Counted from the stretch's first letter, positions 12,763 to 25,364 are shown. The stretch: 64,000 bases of DNA from Octopus sinensis (GCF_006345805.1 NC_043006.1:21142001-21206000), one strand, 5' to 3'. The notes: a model not told the origin generated them from the sequence alone. Translations and numbers: made by a program.

Positions 12763-14341
12763 GCTAGTAATAATAATTTCTCTGATTTCGTGGTCCCTGG
12801 TTTTTACCTTTACTCTCTGAGTAAAGGTAAACAAAGATAGGGCACCTAATCGGTCGAACGTTTTTCCGAATTCAGTGTCCCAATGATGTAGAGCAATAAA
12901 TACTATATGTAAACCACCATAACGGCGAAAAGGGAAAGTATCTGATAAGTGATCGTTTTCAGTACATACGTAACACGACTCGCCGTTTCCATCACACAAT
13001 GCCACGCTAAATCACATGACAATAAACCACAACCACGTAGCATCACTCAGCTCCACCTAGATATACAAAATTTTGTGAAGAAACCAAGATATTGATAAAA
13101 AGCCAGCAAAATAGCAAAAGCTAAAGTAGTAAAAATGGAAAACGGATTAAGGCATCAGCTAAGTTGTAAGATTATGTCTAGCAAGGTTTTAGATGGGGAA
13201 AATGTCCGTTTTAAGACACAATATTATAAGAGTCATAATGTGGTTGCAGTATTGACAAAAATTGGCAATCTCTTGTTTTACAAAGATTGATTTACATTTC
13301 ACAAAAGGTTATTTGTAGCTCTCACTGCCGCTATAGTGTACTTCCCTCCTCCTTCTCCGCCTTCACCCCCTCTTCTTCTTCACCATCATTATCATCGTCA
13401 TCACCGTCGTCATCATGATCGTCATTATCATCATCATCATCATCATGGTCATCATCCCCACCATCATCATCGTCGTCGTCGTCATCGTCATTATGACCAT
13501 CAAAAATATCGACATCATCAATAATGCTATTATCTTCACTTCAATTCTATCGTCGTTGTCGTCATCATCATGTACATCAAAGGATCTCAACGGAGGCCAT
13601 TTGGAGTTCGAGGGGTGCGTTTTGGAGCAAAGGGGTACTAGGGGACGTTAAGAGACACGGAAGCTCTAGCGGGGCGCTGGTAAGTTTAACTTGAAATTAA
13701 CAAGTAGTAGCCATATTTTCACATCTCTGCGTCAGTCAGTTTAAAAAAAAGAACATGCCTTTGACCCTTGGCTATTAAAGACCCAACCACACACACACAC
13801 ACTCACAACACATTTGTTTTAGGTTTTATACCCATTTGAACTGCAGTTATACACCACATAAAGTGGTAAATCTTATGTTCTGAAATTTAAATTTTGAATT
13901 TGTTTTAATTATAAAATTACACCCCAGCTAAAAGCACATCTTTTGGCTTTGGAAAACAAAACCTTTTCTTTCTCTTTCTATATTGCTTGTTAAATTAGAA
14001 TTTCTCTGTTTTGGTCATGATTTTCCAATTTCCTATATCATGCGAGGGACAGCAGCATTAAAAAAAATTAAATTCATAGAGCAGAACAAAATCAAAAATG
14101 TTAATTTTGATCGTATTGATGGAGAGTAGTAAATATTTTCCCTTTGCTTAATACTAGCAAGAGCATAGTATGAGGGAGATTTGGCTGTAATTTCTTGCAT
14201 ATTGAACAATCACACAGCGGGTACCTCATTGGCTCGTTTGTTGATGTGTATAAGTAAACAAAACTAAGAGAAAAACAGACACTAGCAAAACACACGCCCC
14301 CCCCCATATATATTATATATATATATATATATATACACACA

Positions 14342-14412
<71 letters not shown>

Positions 14413-14474
14413 ATAAACTTAGATAAACTTAGATATGTTTCGACCAAAGATTGGTCCAGGCCATGTCTAACTGA

Positions 14475-14623
14475 CAGTGGTGAAAGAGTACAGCAGGGAT
14501 CACCCCCCCTGCCGGAACCTCGTGGAGCTTCTAGGTGTTTTCGCTCAATAAACACTCACAACGCCCGCTCTGGGAATCGAAACCGCGAGTCCGCTGCCCT
14601 AACCACTGGGCCATTGCGCCTCC
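14475..14623 (-). mobile_element. SINE family C, 5' part only
   Basis: Reverse complement of the TGGAGGCGCAATGGCCCAGTGG head. Confidence 0.85.
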
Positions 14624-14636
14624 ACACACACACAAA

Positions 14637-14719
<83 letters not shown>

Positions 14720-14869
14720 ATTAATTAAGGGTAGAAATCAATATTTATCAATTAAAACCAGTAGTCTAGCATATCAGTCGAAACTGATTCAGAAACTGTA
14801 TTGTTTTTCGTATATTTGATACCCCGGTATCGTTTTTGCCTCTAGTTCAGCAGATTTCATTCATATCGG

Positions 14870-14934
14870 CCATGCTGACGAAGACTACGGGTATCCTTAC
14901 GGATAATAATAGTCGAAACTGATTCAGTACATGG
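14870..14934 (+). ncRNA. Type I hammerhead ribozyme fold
   Basis: CCATG-CTGACGA-A-GACTA(...TATCC ttac GGATA...)TAGTC-GAA-ACTGA/T/TCAGT-A-CATGG. Confidence 0.75.
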
Positions 14935-15106
14935 ATGAGTATTGGTTTTCGTATATTTTCACTTGTTTATTGCTTGGGTTGGTGTTGAGTTCGATCTGAG
15001 AACATAATCTTTTGTGGAGAATGGCGATTTGACGTCTATATCTAGCATGTTGACTGTCCACCTTTTCGTGTTCAGTCCTTAATTGGTATATATATATATA
15101 TATATT

Positions 15107-15149
<43 letters not shown>

Positions 15150-15218
15150 AGGCTCCAGTGAAACGCCAGTGACATGCTGCATGCCCATAAGCAATATTAG
15201 CAGACAGACAGCCGTGCG

Positions 15219-15345
15219 GTGGTACGATATATAGTCCAAGTAGACGAAAGCCTTTTTTTAAAGAGGAAAAATGAAGTTGGAAGAGGGATCAAGAAGTTTT
15301 GGATACTTGTGACTGCCGTAACCGACGGTGTGCCAGTTTTCAATG
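15219..15345 (+). pseudogene. Merlin (ISXO2/IS1016-like) transposase fragment
   Basis: VQVDESLFLKRKNEVGRGIKKFWI resembles the V-E-I-D-E-S-x-F-x-K-R-K...G-R...W motif of ISXO2-type DDE transposases. Confidence 0.6.
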
Positions 15346-16244
15346 TGTATACGTGCATGTATAAAGATATAATTAAAGCAATATGTATACATCCACGTAG
15401 GTATACATATGTATATACACAACAAAGCCTAATGGTGGGAATTTTCTAAAACCCCTTTAGGAACAAATGGTTTTCACAATGAATTCCAATTTAATCGGAA
15501 AGAAATATTTAATTTTCTCAAGGTTATGAAAGAGCAAATCTTTGGGGCACAATTGTGTAGATATGCCGAAATATTTATATATATACAAAGATGTATATAT
15601 ATAACTAACTATGTAAAAATGTATGCGTGTGTTTATATATTTGTATGTTTCTGTATGCATTTATACATGTATATGTATACGTTTCAGAAGACATTAGAAT
15701 AATGGAATAAAAGTCAGTCATAATTAGAGATCTCACAAAGATCTATTTCTTTCAATTTTTACTGTTTCTAGCACATATTTACGTAAATGTTGATTTTGAA
15801 ATATTAAAAAAACTATTTGGAAATTACAAAGAGAATCGAATGGTAGATTCGGACAGTCCGTATTTTAAAACTACGAATTAAAAAAAAAAATTGTGTCAAA
15901 TTTTTTCTCCAGAAGTTCATAGCCTCATATGAATAAGCTTGGAAAACTACGTAAGGATAACCAATTATCAGATGTTTTATATCATTTTAAAAAGGGGCTG
16001 ATTTTGTGACTCAAACTATCTGAATCTAAGTTCAGTGAATACTGTCCACCACAATTTGCTACTCATATGAAGTACATATGTATTTCAACAATTTCTATCA
16101 AATACTCTCTTTCTTGAGCATAAAAATTCCTCTTACCGGATGACAATAACTTATATGTCAGATTGTTGCACAAGTTCTAGCTGCTTTGATAAGGGAAATC
16201 GGAATGGTTTGACATAATTCTATCGGCATTTACTTGTACCAAAG

Positions 16245-16636
16245 TGGAGGCGCAATGGCCCAGTGGTTAGGGCAGCGGACTCGCGGTTATAGGATCGCGG
16301 TTTCGATTCCCAGACCGGGCGTTGTGAGTGCTTATTGAGCGAAAACACCTAAAAGCTCCACGAGGCTCCGGCAGGGGATGGTGGTGATCCCTGCTGTACT
16401 CTTTCACCACAACTTTCTCTCACTCTCACTCTTACTTCCTGTTTCTGTTGTACCTGTATTTCAAGGGGCCGGCCTTGTCACTCTCTGTGTCACGCTGAAT
16501 ATCCCCGAGAACTACGTTTAGGGTACACGTGTCTGTGGAGTGCTCAGCCACTTACACGTTAATTTCACGAGCAGGCTGTTCCGTTGATTCGGATCAACCG
16601 GAACCCTCATCGTCGTAACCGACGGAGTGCTTCCAC
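16245..16636 (+). mobile_element. SINE family C, full length with 15-bp TSD
   Basis: A box TGGCCCAGTGG, B box GTTTCGATTCC; ACTTGTACCAAAGTG at 16232-16246 and 16637-16651. Confidence 0.9.
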
Positions 16637-16889
16637 ACTTGTACCAAAGTGCACTCTTTCGATAGACAAGTTGATCTCATAAGTGTTGCGTTCTGGAAAT
16701 AAACGCAGTTGCCAAACTTGTTTGTTCCTCCGTGTTTCCGCTACTATGCTTCTCAGTCCCCATCCATGCTCCTGTCTCTGTGTTTCTAATGACATGTCCC
16801 AGCCTCCATGTTCTCCTTTCGAAGACATTCACTCCCTGTCGTGTCTCCTAACTGACAACCTCTCAACGCACAAATACTCCATTTTAGAT

Positions 16890-17052
16890 TTTCACGTGCT
16901 GAGTCTAAAAAGGAGAAGAGATGGTACACTTGATCTTTACAAGCTTCCCAAAACCGGCGAGCTTGATGCTCATCACTATCATTATCATCATCATCCTCAT
17001 CATCATCATCATCATCATCCCCTTCACCACCCTCTTCTTCCTCGCCATCATT

Positions 17053-17085
<33 letters not shown>

Positions 17086-17430
17086 GTCATACCCTTCACC
17101 ACCCTCTTCTTCTTCACCATCATCATCATCATCATCATCGTCATCCCCTTCACCACCCTCTTCTTCACCATCATCATCATCATGATCATCACTATCACCA
17201 CTACCACTTTCATCATTCTAATCACCACCACAAACATCATCCCCCATCATCACCAGTACCACCAGCACTATCAGCAGCCGTTCAAGAATTTGGACCTGGA
17301 GATCTCCATTTCCAGCGACCTCGAGGGCCACCACCTCCCAGTGGTGTCGGGCGTCAACGAAGAGCCCTCGACTACAACAAGACGACCAAAGTTTTTTTTT
17401 TCCCCAAGGTCTGGGGTCTCCCGCCCCTAA
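16890..17430 (+). CDS. Candidate His-rich coding exon (possible 1-bp frameshift)
   Basis: The 17246-17395 frame has strongly GC3-biased codons (HHHQYHQHYQQPFKNLDLEISISSDLEGHHLPVVSGVNEEP). No homolog recognised. Confidence 0.3.
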
Positions 17431-17833
17431 GCCCTAGACCATCACCTAACCACTCTTACCCGTTTTGTTGCTTAACAACAACAACAACAACCACAACAAC
17501 AACAACAGCAACAATAACAACAACAACAACAACAACAACACCATCAGTAGCACCAGCAGCAGCACCACCGCCACCATCATCGTCATTATCATCTGTAATG
17601 AGACGTGCAATAACTAGGACTAGTCACTCAGTCTCACAGTTCCGTTTACACTGTTGCAGATCAGCATCTGCAGCAACTGACATACAAGTGGGGAGAAAAC
17701 TGCTTTGGGTTGATATTCTGGGATGGGATGAATGGAGAGAGAGGTTTCTGTGGGGTCTTGTGGGTTATAGGAGTCGGAACACAACAAGGGTAACGACAGC
17801 AAGAGTCAGAGAGAGAAAGCGTGAGTGTATGAA

Positions 17834-17864
<31 letters not shown>

Positions 17865-18299
17865 GCAGATAGAAAAAGACAGATAATATATATATATATA
17901 TATATATATATAATAAAATATTAGGCTAATAAATCCAAACTTACAGGGAAAAATCAGATTTAGGATTAAATCCAATTTTATAGTATAAATATATTATATT
18001 ATATTATATTATATTATATTAAATTAAAGATAAAACCACTATTAGGCAAATCAAACAATGAAAAACATAAGCCAATACATAAAATTAATTAATTTATATT
18101 ATTTTAAATATATATCAAAAGTATTAAAAGTTTAATAAAAGATAAAGAGTAAAACACTACGATCGTTTCATGGCTGTACAATTCGTAATAATTCGAGTTA
18201 TGGTTACAGTCAATCTTCAGGTTAATTGAAATATCTAAAATATATATATGTGTGTGTGTAGAGAGAGAAGCGAGTGGATCAGATGTGTCTGGATGGAGG

Positions 18300-18600
18300 T
18301 GGCACAAACAAAATCCAGCTTTGAGAGGCAGAGGTCGTTAGGTTAAAGGTAGAGAAGGTAGGGAGTGGAAACTGTACGTCATTATTTTGGGAGCTAGAGT
18401 ATGCGTGTGATTTCATGCCAGTCAGTCGTGTAGCCATTCCTTGGCTGCAGTACAGAGTATCTGTATATAGTAGTGACATCATCCCTGATATGGGAGCAAT
18501 AGTCAATGAAGGGATTCACCTGAGGTTTGTAGAGTGTCAGCGATTATTGGAAATCACCCTCTCTTTACATACTTTCCTATCGCGTCACAGTTTGTCACAA
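18300..18600 (-). pseudogene. CR1/L2-group LINE remnant (post-RT region)
   Basis: Minus-strand TLYKPQVNPFIDYCSHI resembles the LYKxxVRPxLEYCSxxW motif. Confidence 0.55.
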
Positions 18601-19132
18601 AGACAGTCATGTTCTATATACATCCCATTCCTGTTAGATTACACAATGATACCGAACATTAACTAATAGAATCATGTTCTATACACTGACCTTGAATAGC
18701 AACCGATACTGGACAATTTCCGTCTGCTACTGATATATTTTGTACTATTTAATACAGCACGTCCATAACAGATATTATCTCTGGACGAATACTGCAGTTA
18801 GTTTGTTTTTCCGTGAAGTATTTGCGCAGATTGCAACCGCTTCTATTGCACATAACGAATTTTTATTCAACCGGCCGGTTAATTGCAACATCAATGAATT
18901 TCTCAGTCACTGCCTTCCTATATCAGAAGTGCCTATTTTTATCTTGGTATACGATTGCCAGCGGGCACATGCTGCTGCCAAAGCCCTCAAAATAGGAATG
19001 CGCATCTAGCATTTCTACATATTAAACAGTTTCCATCTGCGACTGATATATTTTTACGTTATTTAACACACTGCGTCCATAAGAGATATTATAGCTGGAC
19101 GAATGCTAAAGTTAGATTGGCTTTCCGTAATG

Positions 19133-19208
<76 letters not shown>

Positions 19209-19610
19209 TAAACCACTTTTCATACTATGTAATTATTCCTAGACTATATTCATTATCGTGATTCTAAATTGTTTTCTCTCAGAGAGGAGCTAATTCTGAT
19301 TTTACTAGCATAATGAATTGTATCAGTTTCATCGTGTCTGTTTTGACATGTTTCTAATTTCATGTATATTTTATACAGCTAATATAAGGATAGTTGTACA
19401 AAACGGTCGAGACAACATCCGATTTTATTAATTTAGAATTAGACATGGCAACTACAACTTGAAATATAAAACTAACAACTTTTCTAGAATTTTATTCCTT
19501 TTGTTTTCTTCTTCCGGAATGACGTGAATCAATGTTTTCTGATAAAAAATTCATGAGTTAATAAATATGACTATTTAGCGTCCAATACACACACACACAC
19601 CACACACACA

Positions 19611-19649
<39 letters not shown>

Positions 19650-19701
19650 CACGCACACACACACACAGATAGATATATACATATAGATATGATAATGGCG
19701 G

Positions 19702-19914
19702 CTTCAAATTTTGGTGCGGGGCATGCAGTTTTGAGGGAGAGAGCTAAGTTGATTAAATCGACCCCCAGTGCTTAACTGGTACTTACTATATCGACCCCGA
19801 AAAGATGAAAGGTAAAATCAACCTCGGCAGAATTTGAATTCAGAATGTAAAGACGGACGAAATGCCGCTAAGCATTAGTCGCAGAGTGCTAACCATTCTA
19901 CCGGCTCGTCGCCT
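19702..19914 (-). mobile_element. SINE family A
   Basis: Matches family A. Confidence 0.8.
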
Positions 19915-19919
19915 GAGCA

Positions 19920-20142
19920 ATAAATCCTTTCTACTATAGGCACTCACAAAAAAAAGCCTGAAATTTTGAAGGAGGAGGCTTGTCGATTATATCGATCCCA
20001 GTACTCAACTAGATTTTAGTTAATCGATCCCGAATGGATGGAAAGCATAGTCGATCTCGGTGGCAATTCAACTCAGGATGTAAAAACGGACTTAATGCCG
20101 CTAAACATCTTTAGAGGCGTGCTAACGATTCTGCAGCTCGCT
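19920..20142 (-). mobile_element. SINE family A, degraded, tandem to the previous copy
   Basis: Matches family A. Confidence 0.7.
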
Positions 20143-20241
20143 ATCTCCTACAACAACAACAACAACAACATAAATAATGATATTACTGCATACAGTGTGT
20201 GTATGTATCTATACATGTGTATGAATATACATTTATATGTA

Positions 20242-21095
20242 CGGGGTGTAATCACAAGTTATTCGAGCTTGATCTTTTTTGCACAAAGTGAGCAAAATCC
20301 GCATGGGTATTAGGTAGCCGCGTACTTCCTGAGCATGCGCAAAAAGTTTTGTCACTGTAGGTTACACCATTCGCCCGCAGTGACGCGTTGAGTACAAACC
20401 TGTGCTGTGCGATTTTACTTTTTGAGTCAAGATGACCGAGCACATTGCGCAAAGACTCTGTATCAAATTTTGCCAAAAACTTGATGATATGCAAGCCCAG
20501 ACTATCGAGAAGATTCAGAAGGCCTTTGGAGATGATGCTACAGGGGAAACGAAAATAAAGGAGTGGTACGACCAGTTCAAAGATGGCCGCATCTCAGTAG
20601 ATAGTGAGCCACGTTATGGCAGATCATCGACTAGCAAAAACGACCAAATGATTACTAAGGTTCGAAGAATAGTATATGAAGACCGTCGTGTGACTATTGA
20701 GGGGATTGTTGCTGGAGCTGGAATCAGTTATGGGTCAATTCAGTCAGTTCATTCTGCCCACGTCGACAAAATATTCCCCGTCAAGCAAAACGCACCACTT
20801 GTTCGTCAGGCTTCCCACTCCCTAGACATGGGTCCGGGTGTCTTTTCCCAAAGCTGAAAAAAGAACTCAAAGGGAGAAGTGTTTAGTCAACAGAGGACAT
20901 TAAGCAAAATTCGGCGGCACAGCTCTACAGCATCCCAAAAAGTGATTTCCCGAAATGTTTCCAGCAGTAGCAGGAACGCTGGCAGAAGTGTGTAGGCTCC
21001 CAAGGCGAATACTTTGAAGGAGACTAAATCAAAATGATGAGTTTTTTAATATTGTTTTTTTGGCCAAATGTCGGATATTTTTTGACTACACCTCG
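20242..21095 (+). mobile_element. Mariner transposon, internally deleted, TA TSD
   Basis: Imperfect TIRs (TA|CGGGGTGTAATCAC vs GACTACACCTCG|TA) around a transposase remnant. Confidence 0.9.
20432..21027 (+). pseudogene. Mariner transposase pseudogene
   Basis: HTH N-terminus (QRLCIKFC...WYDQFKDGR...GRSST) fused to HSLDMGP (YSPDLAP-like) and the C-terminus RWQKCVGSQGEYFEGD*. Most of the catalytic domain is missing; stops and a frameshift. Confidence 0.9.
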
Positions 21096-21439
21096 TATAT
21101 ATATGTGTTTACAGATGAGTGTATGAATGCATATATGTGTGTATATATGTATGTATGTTTGCACGTCTGCTTGCATGCATGAAAGTTAATATATACAGCC
21201 CTAATGCAAGACTGTTAAATAGCCTCCACGTGACCAGCATTGCAACTGACCTTTGCTGGGGAAAGCTATCTAATACTAACTAAATACATCCTTTCCTAAG
21301 TGTTACAAAAGGGGACTTATAAGAGGTCTCCATTCTAATGCACATAGTCAAACCACGTGTGGCATACATAACATTGTACCGTTTACCCTTGTCCAAATTA
21401 TGTAATTAGCAGCCTGAAGATATAGGCATATAAGAAGAA

Positions 21440-21905
21440 TGAATCAAGCAACAAGCCAACGATTCCTTGCCCACAGCAGGTTTCTTACTCTGAGTTCTGT
21501 TGTTGATAAAGGTAACTGAAAAAACTGAGAATGCGAAGAATCTTTGAGAGCTTAGCAAATTATGTACAGTGTTTGGAGGAAAAGAGGGAAAACTTGAATG
21601 AATGGGAAGAAGAAACAATAATGAATATTCACTTGAAAAGGGGAGAGAAATTAGATTTGAAGATCTCCATAATAAATCAACTGATGACCATTTTTACTTA
21701 CAAAATGGAAAATATTTTGAATAGTAAGCAACCACTGGAGTCAGTAAGCTTCGTAAACGGTTTCTCCAATAGCGGCCACACAACATCAATCAAGTAATGG
21801 GAAATCACCAGGAATGCTATCTACTGTGCTTAACATTAATAAATTATGAGAGAGTTTTCAATCCGGTACAGATGCAAGCTGTGCTTAACTCATTGGAAGA
21901 CTAAG
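21440..21905 (+). pseudogene. RTE-like reverse transcriptase remnant
   Basis: Degenerate W...IHxKRGEKLDLK, QPLE...F and LINYERVFNPV (~FIDYEKAFDSV). Confidence 0.5.
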
Positions 21906-22235
21906 ACGTGAAGGAATTTATATCCGCGTAAAGGAACTGAAATATATGTACAGGGATAGTGTGAATATAGCCAGACTACGCAGGTATAGACACACGCATA
22001 AAAGAGAGAGGGAGAGAGAGAGGAGGAGGGTGTTTAGAGGGGGGAAGTGAAAACGAGAGAGATTAATTATGTATAAAAACAAAAATAGAGAAAAAATAGA
22101 TGAAATCAGACGATGGTAGACGATGAATAAAATGGACGCGGCAGTATACTTCAAGAGAAGGGCACATAATGGTTTGTATAAAACCCATCACGGAATAGAG
22201 ACCAATGATAGGGAAAATGAAACTAGGAACACTGT

Positions 22236-22335
22236 NNNNNNNNNNNNNNNNNNNNNNNNNNNNNNNNNNNNNNNNNNNNNNNNNNNNNNNNNNNNNNNNN
22301 NNNNNNNNNNNNNNNNNNNNNNNNNNNNNNNNNNN
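22236..22335. other. Assembly gap (100 N)
   Basis: N run. Confidence 1.
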
Positions 22336-22546
22336 CATCCCGTCTAGGGAGGAATGTATACACCAGCGAATCCGGGAACCCGGCTCCGTGCTTCTGATAA
22401 ATTAATGTGGGTTAGGAAGATTTGCTTCAGTTTAGTACCTTTTCTCAGTATCAATGTGTTTTCTAAGACGATGCCTTAAACACTCGTTTTTTTTTTTGTT
22501 CTTTTTGTTTTTTTCTGTAAATGGGAATGTAAAATGGGAATAAGTA

Positions 22547-22953
22547 GGCACCGGAGTGGCTGTGTGGTAAGTAGTTTGCTTACCAACCACATGGTTCCGG
22601 GTTCAATCCCACTGCGTGGCATCTGGGCAAGTGTTTCTGCTATAGCCCCGGCCGACCAATGCCTTGTGATTGGATAGTAGACGGAAATTAAAGAAGCCTG
22701 TCGTATATATGTATATATATATATATATGTATTGTGTGGTATATTTGTGTGTCTGTGTTTGTCCCCCTAGCATTGCTTGACAACCGATGCTGTGTGTTTA
22801 CGTCCCCGTCACTTAGCGGTTCGACAAAAGAGACCGATAGAATAAGTACTGGGCTTACAAAAGAATAAGTCCCGGGGTCGAGTTGCTCGACTAAAGGCGG
22901 TGCTCCAGCATGGCTGCAGTCAAATGACTGAAACAAGTAAAAGAGTAAAGAGT
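22547..22953 (+). mobile_element. SINE family B, full length
   Basis: Same head, body and tail as 9797-10223. Confidence 0.9.
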
Positions 22954-23436
22954 ATATGGATGGACTTTCACTTCCGATATGTTTTGTTTGTCTTAGATAG
23001 TGAACACCCTGGCTCATCGTAACCCATTGTCGATTACAATATTTACAAAATTAGCAATTTCTGATTCGCTGCGTTCTACATATATGCGAACAATTAGAAT
23101 AAGTCATTTTATATCGTGCGTTAGTATTTAATCGGGCATGGGTCATATGAAAGAAATAGAAACCTTTTCAATTGGTTTAAAAAGAGTTATATACTCATGA
23201 TTAAGTGTCTAGAAATATTCTTTGCTCCCTGTATACAAAAACATACACAGATATATACATAACAATACTACTATATTATATTATATAATACAATATGATA
23301 CAATATAATATCATATCATATCATATTATATTATATAATACGACATGATATATATATATATATATATCTATATATATATATATTATGGATAAATAAGAAA
23401 TGGAGTCTAACGCAGGTGTTATTAAAATCATTTATA

Positions 23437-23525
23437 CTTCCAACATATGTTTCGAAAAAACCATTCAGATTATTCCGAGGAAATAAAAATGATGCAAAAC
23501 AATGCAATCATCTCGTCAAGGAAAA
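23437..23525 (-). ncRNA. Degenerate hammerhead fold (C3 to U)
   Basis: Minus strand TTTCC-TTGACGA-...-GAA-ACATATGT-T-GGAAG; same stem III as 8873-8966, stem II decayed. Confidence 0.4.
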
Positions 23526-23769
23526 AAAGAAAGAAGGAACAAAACCCATCAAAAAGCAATTTTAACCGAATGTGATTACCGCATACATAAGTATATGATG
23601 TAAAGAGAACATTAGCAACTTATACATGTTATACAAAAACATTTCACTTAATCCTGGAATTTCTACCTTTATAAGTAGAATGTAATATCACTGGCACTTA
23701 TGTGAAGTTTTAATATCCTGGTAACTATTTATTTCTTCCTTGTAATTTGTACACATTGGAAAAATATAC

Positions 23770-23811
<42 letters not shown>

Positions 23812-24102
23812 TATATATATATATATATGTATGTGGTGTGGGGGGGTATATATATATGTGTGTATATATATGTATATATATGTATGTATATATGTATATA
23901 TATATATATATGTATGTATATATATATGTGTGTGTATATATATATTGTATATATATATATACATAATATATATATACACACACACACATATACATATACA
24001 TATATAATATATATACATATATACATATATATATATACATATATATACATAATATATATATATATATATATATATACATTATATATATATATAATTATAC
24101 AT

Positions 24103-24164
<62 letters not shown>

Positions 24165-24220
24165 TATATAACAGAGAGAGAGATGCATACATACATACAT
24201 ACATACATACATACATACAT
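23770..24220. repeat. Compound (TA)n/(TACA)n microsatellite field (continues 24415-24590, 24690-24845, 25075-25358)
   Basis: Directly visible. Confidence 0.95.
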
Positions 24221-24412
24221 AGAGAGGCAGAAAATATATATATGGATACCATCTTATCACAAGACTCCCTAATAACCCATCCACATATTTGCAAAGCCCA
24301 TCGGACATCTATATGTGTAAAAGAGCAGTCAAATTTTCCTCAAACAACACGGTACTCATATTTCATTTGGAAAGAACGTATTGGAATATGTAGTTGCATA
24401 TAATACAATACA

Positions 24413-24501
<89 letters not shown>

Positions 24502-24517
24502 TATACATACATACATA

Positions 24518-24561
<44 letters not shown>

Positions 24562-24690
24562 CATATATATATATATATAATATAATACTTTGATACGTTG
24601 ATACTTTGATAGGTTTCGCGCCATTATTGGCCCAGGCCATGTCTAACTTAATAGCACCACCTGGTGAAGTCTTTCAAGTCAGAATTTGGG

Positions 24691-24728
<38 letters not shown>

Positions 24729-24738
24729 TATATACACA

Positions 24739-24817
<79 letters not shown>

Positions 24818-24951
24818 TATATATATTTAATATATATATATAATATACCGCGGAGTAACACATAAATGTGAAACAAGGTGGAAAAAGAGTACTCAAATAC
24901 CAGTGGTAGAGTAATATGCTTTATTTTAAGCAGCAGAAAATTCAACAAAAT

Positions 24952-24989
24952 CTGTTACTCTGAGTTTCTCGTTGCCGTTCATCAGACAG
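24952..24989 (-). ncRNA. Minimal type I hammerhead (left arm of the palindrome)
   Basis: CTGT-CTGATGA-ACGGCAACGA-GAA-ACTC/A/GAGT-A-ACAG on the minus strand. Confidence 0.6.
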
Positions 24990-25003
24990 TTTTTGCTAGA
25001 AAA

Positions 25004-25041
25004 CTGTCTGATGAACGGCAACGAGAAACTCAGAGTAACAG
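25004..25041 (+). ncRNA. Minimal type I hammerhead (right arm of the palindrome)
   Basis: Identical motif on the plus strand. Confidence 0.6.
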
Positions 25042-25307
25042 ATTTTGTTGAATTTCTGCTGCTTAAATAAAGTATATACTATATACAATATATATAATAT
25101 ATATATATATATATATCTATACATATATATACATATTATATATACATATATATATACATATATGTACTATATTATACTATATAATATATGTATATACATA
25201 TATTATATATATACATATATATATACATATATATTATAACATATATATATTATATATATACATATCTATATATATTATATATTATATATATATATATTAT
25301 ATATATA

Positions 25308-25361
<54 letters not shown>

Positions 25362-25364
<3 letters not shown>

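Larger units (their letters stand above)
24919..25072. repeat. Near-perfect palindrome, ~75-bp arms, 6-nt loop
   Basis: Arms differ only by homopolymer indels. Confidence 0.95.

Noticed and set aside
16245-16320. tRNA-like sequences at SINE heads
   Set aside because: They have A/B boxes but no complete cloverleaf, and they continue into repeat bodies; not tRNA genes.
21672-21725. CTGATGA-CCATTTT/AAAATGG-AAAA hammerhead-like match
   Set aside because: It lies inside an RT remnant, stem III is one pair and the stems are low complexity; probably chance.
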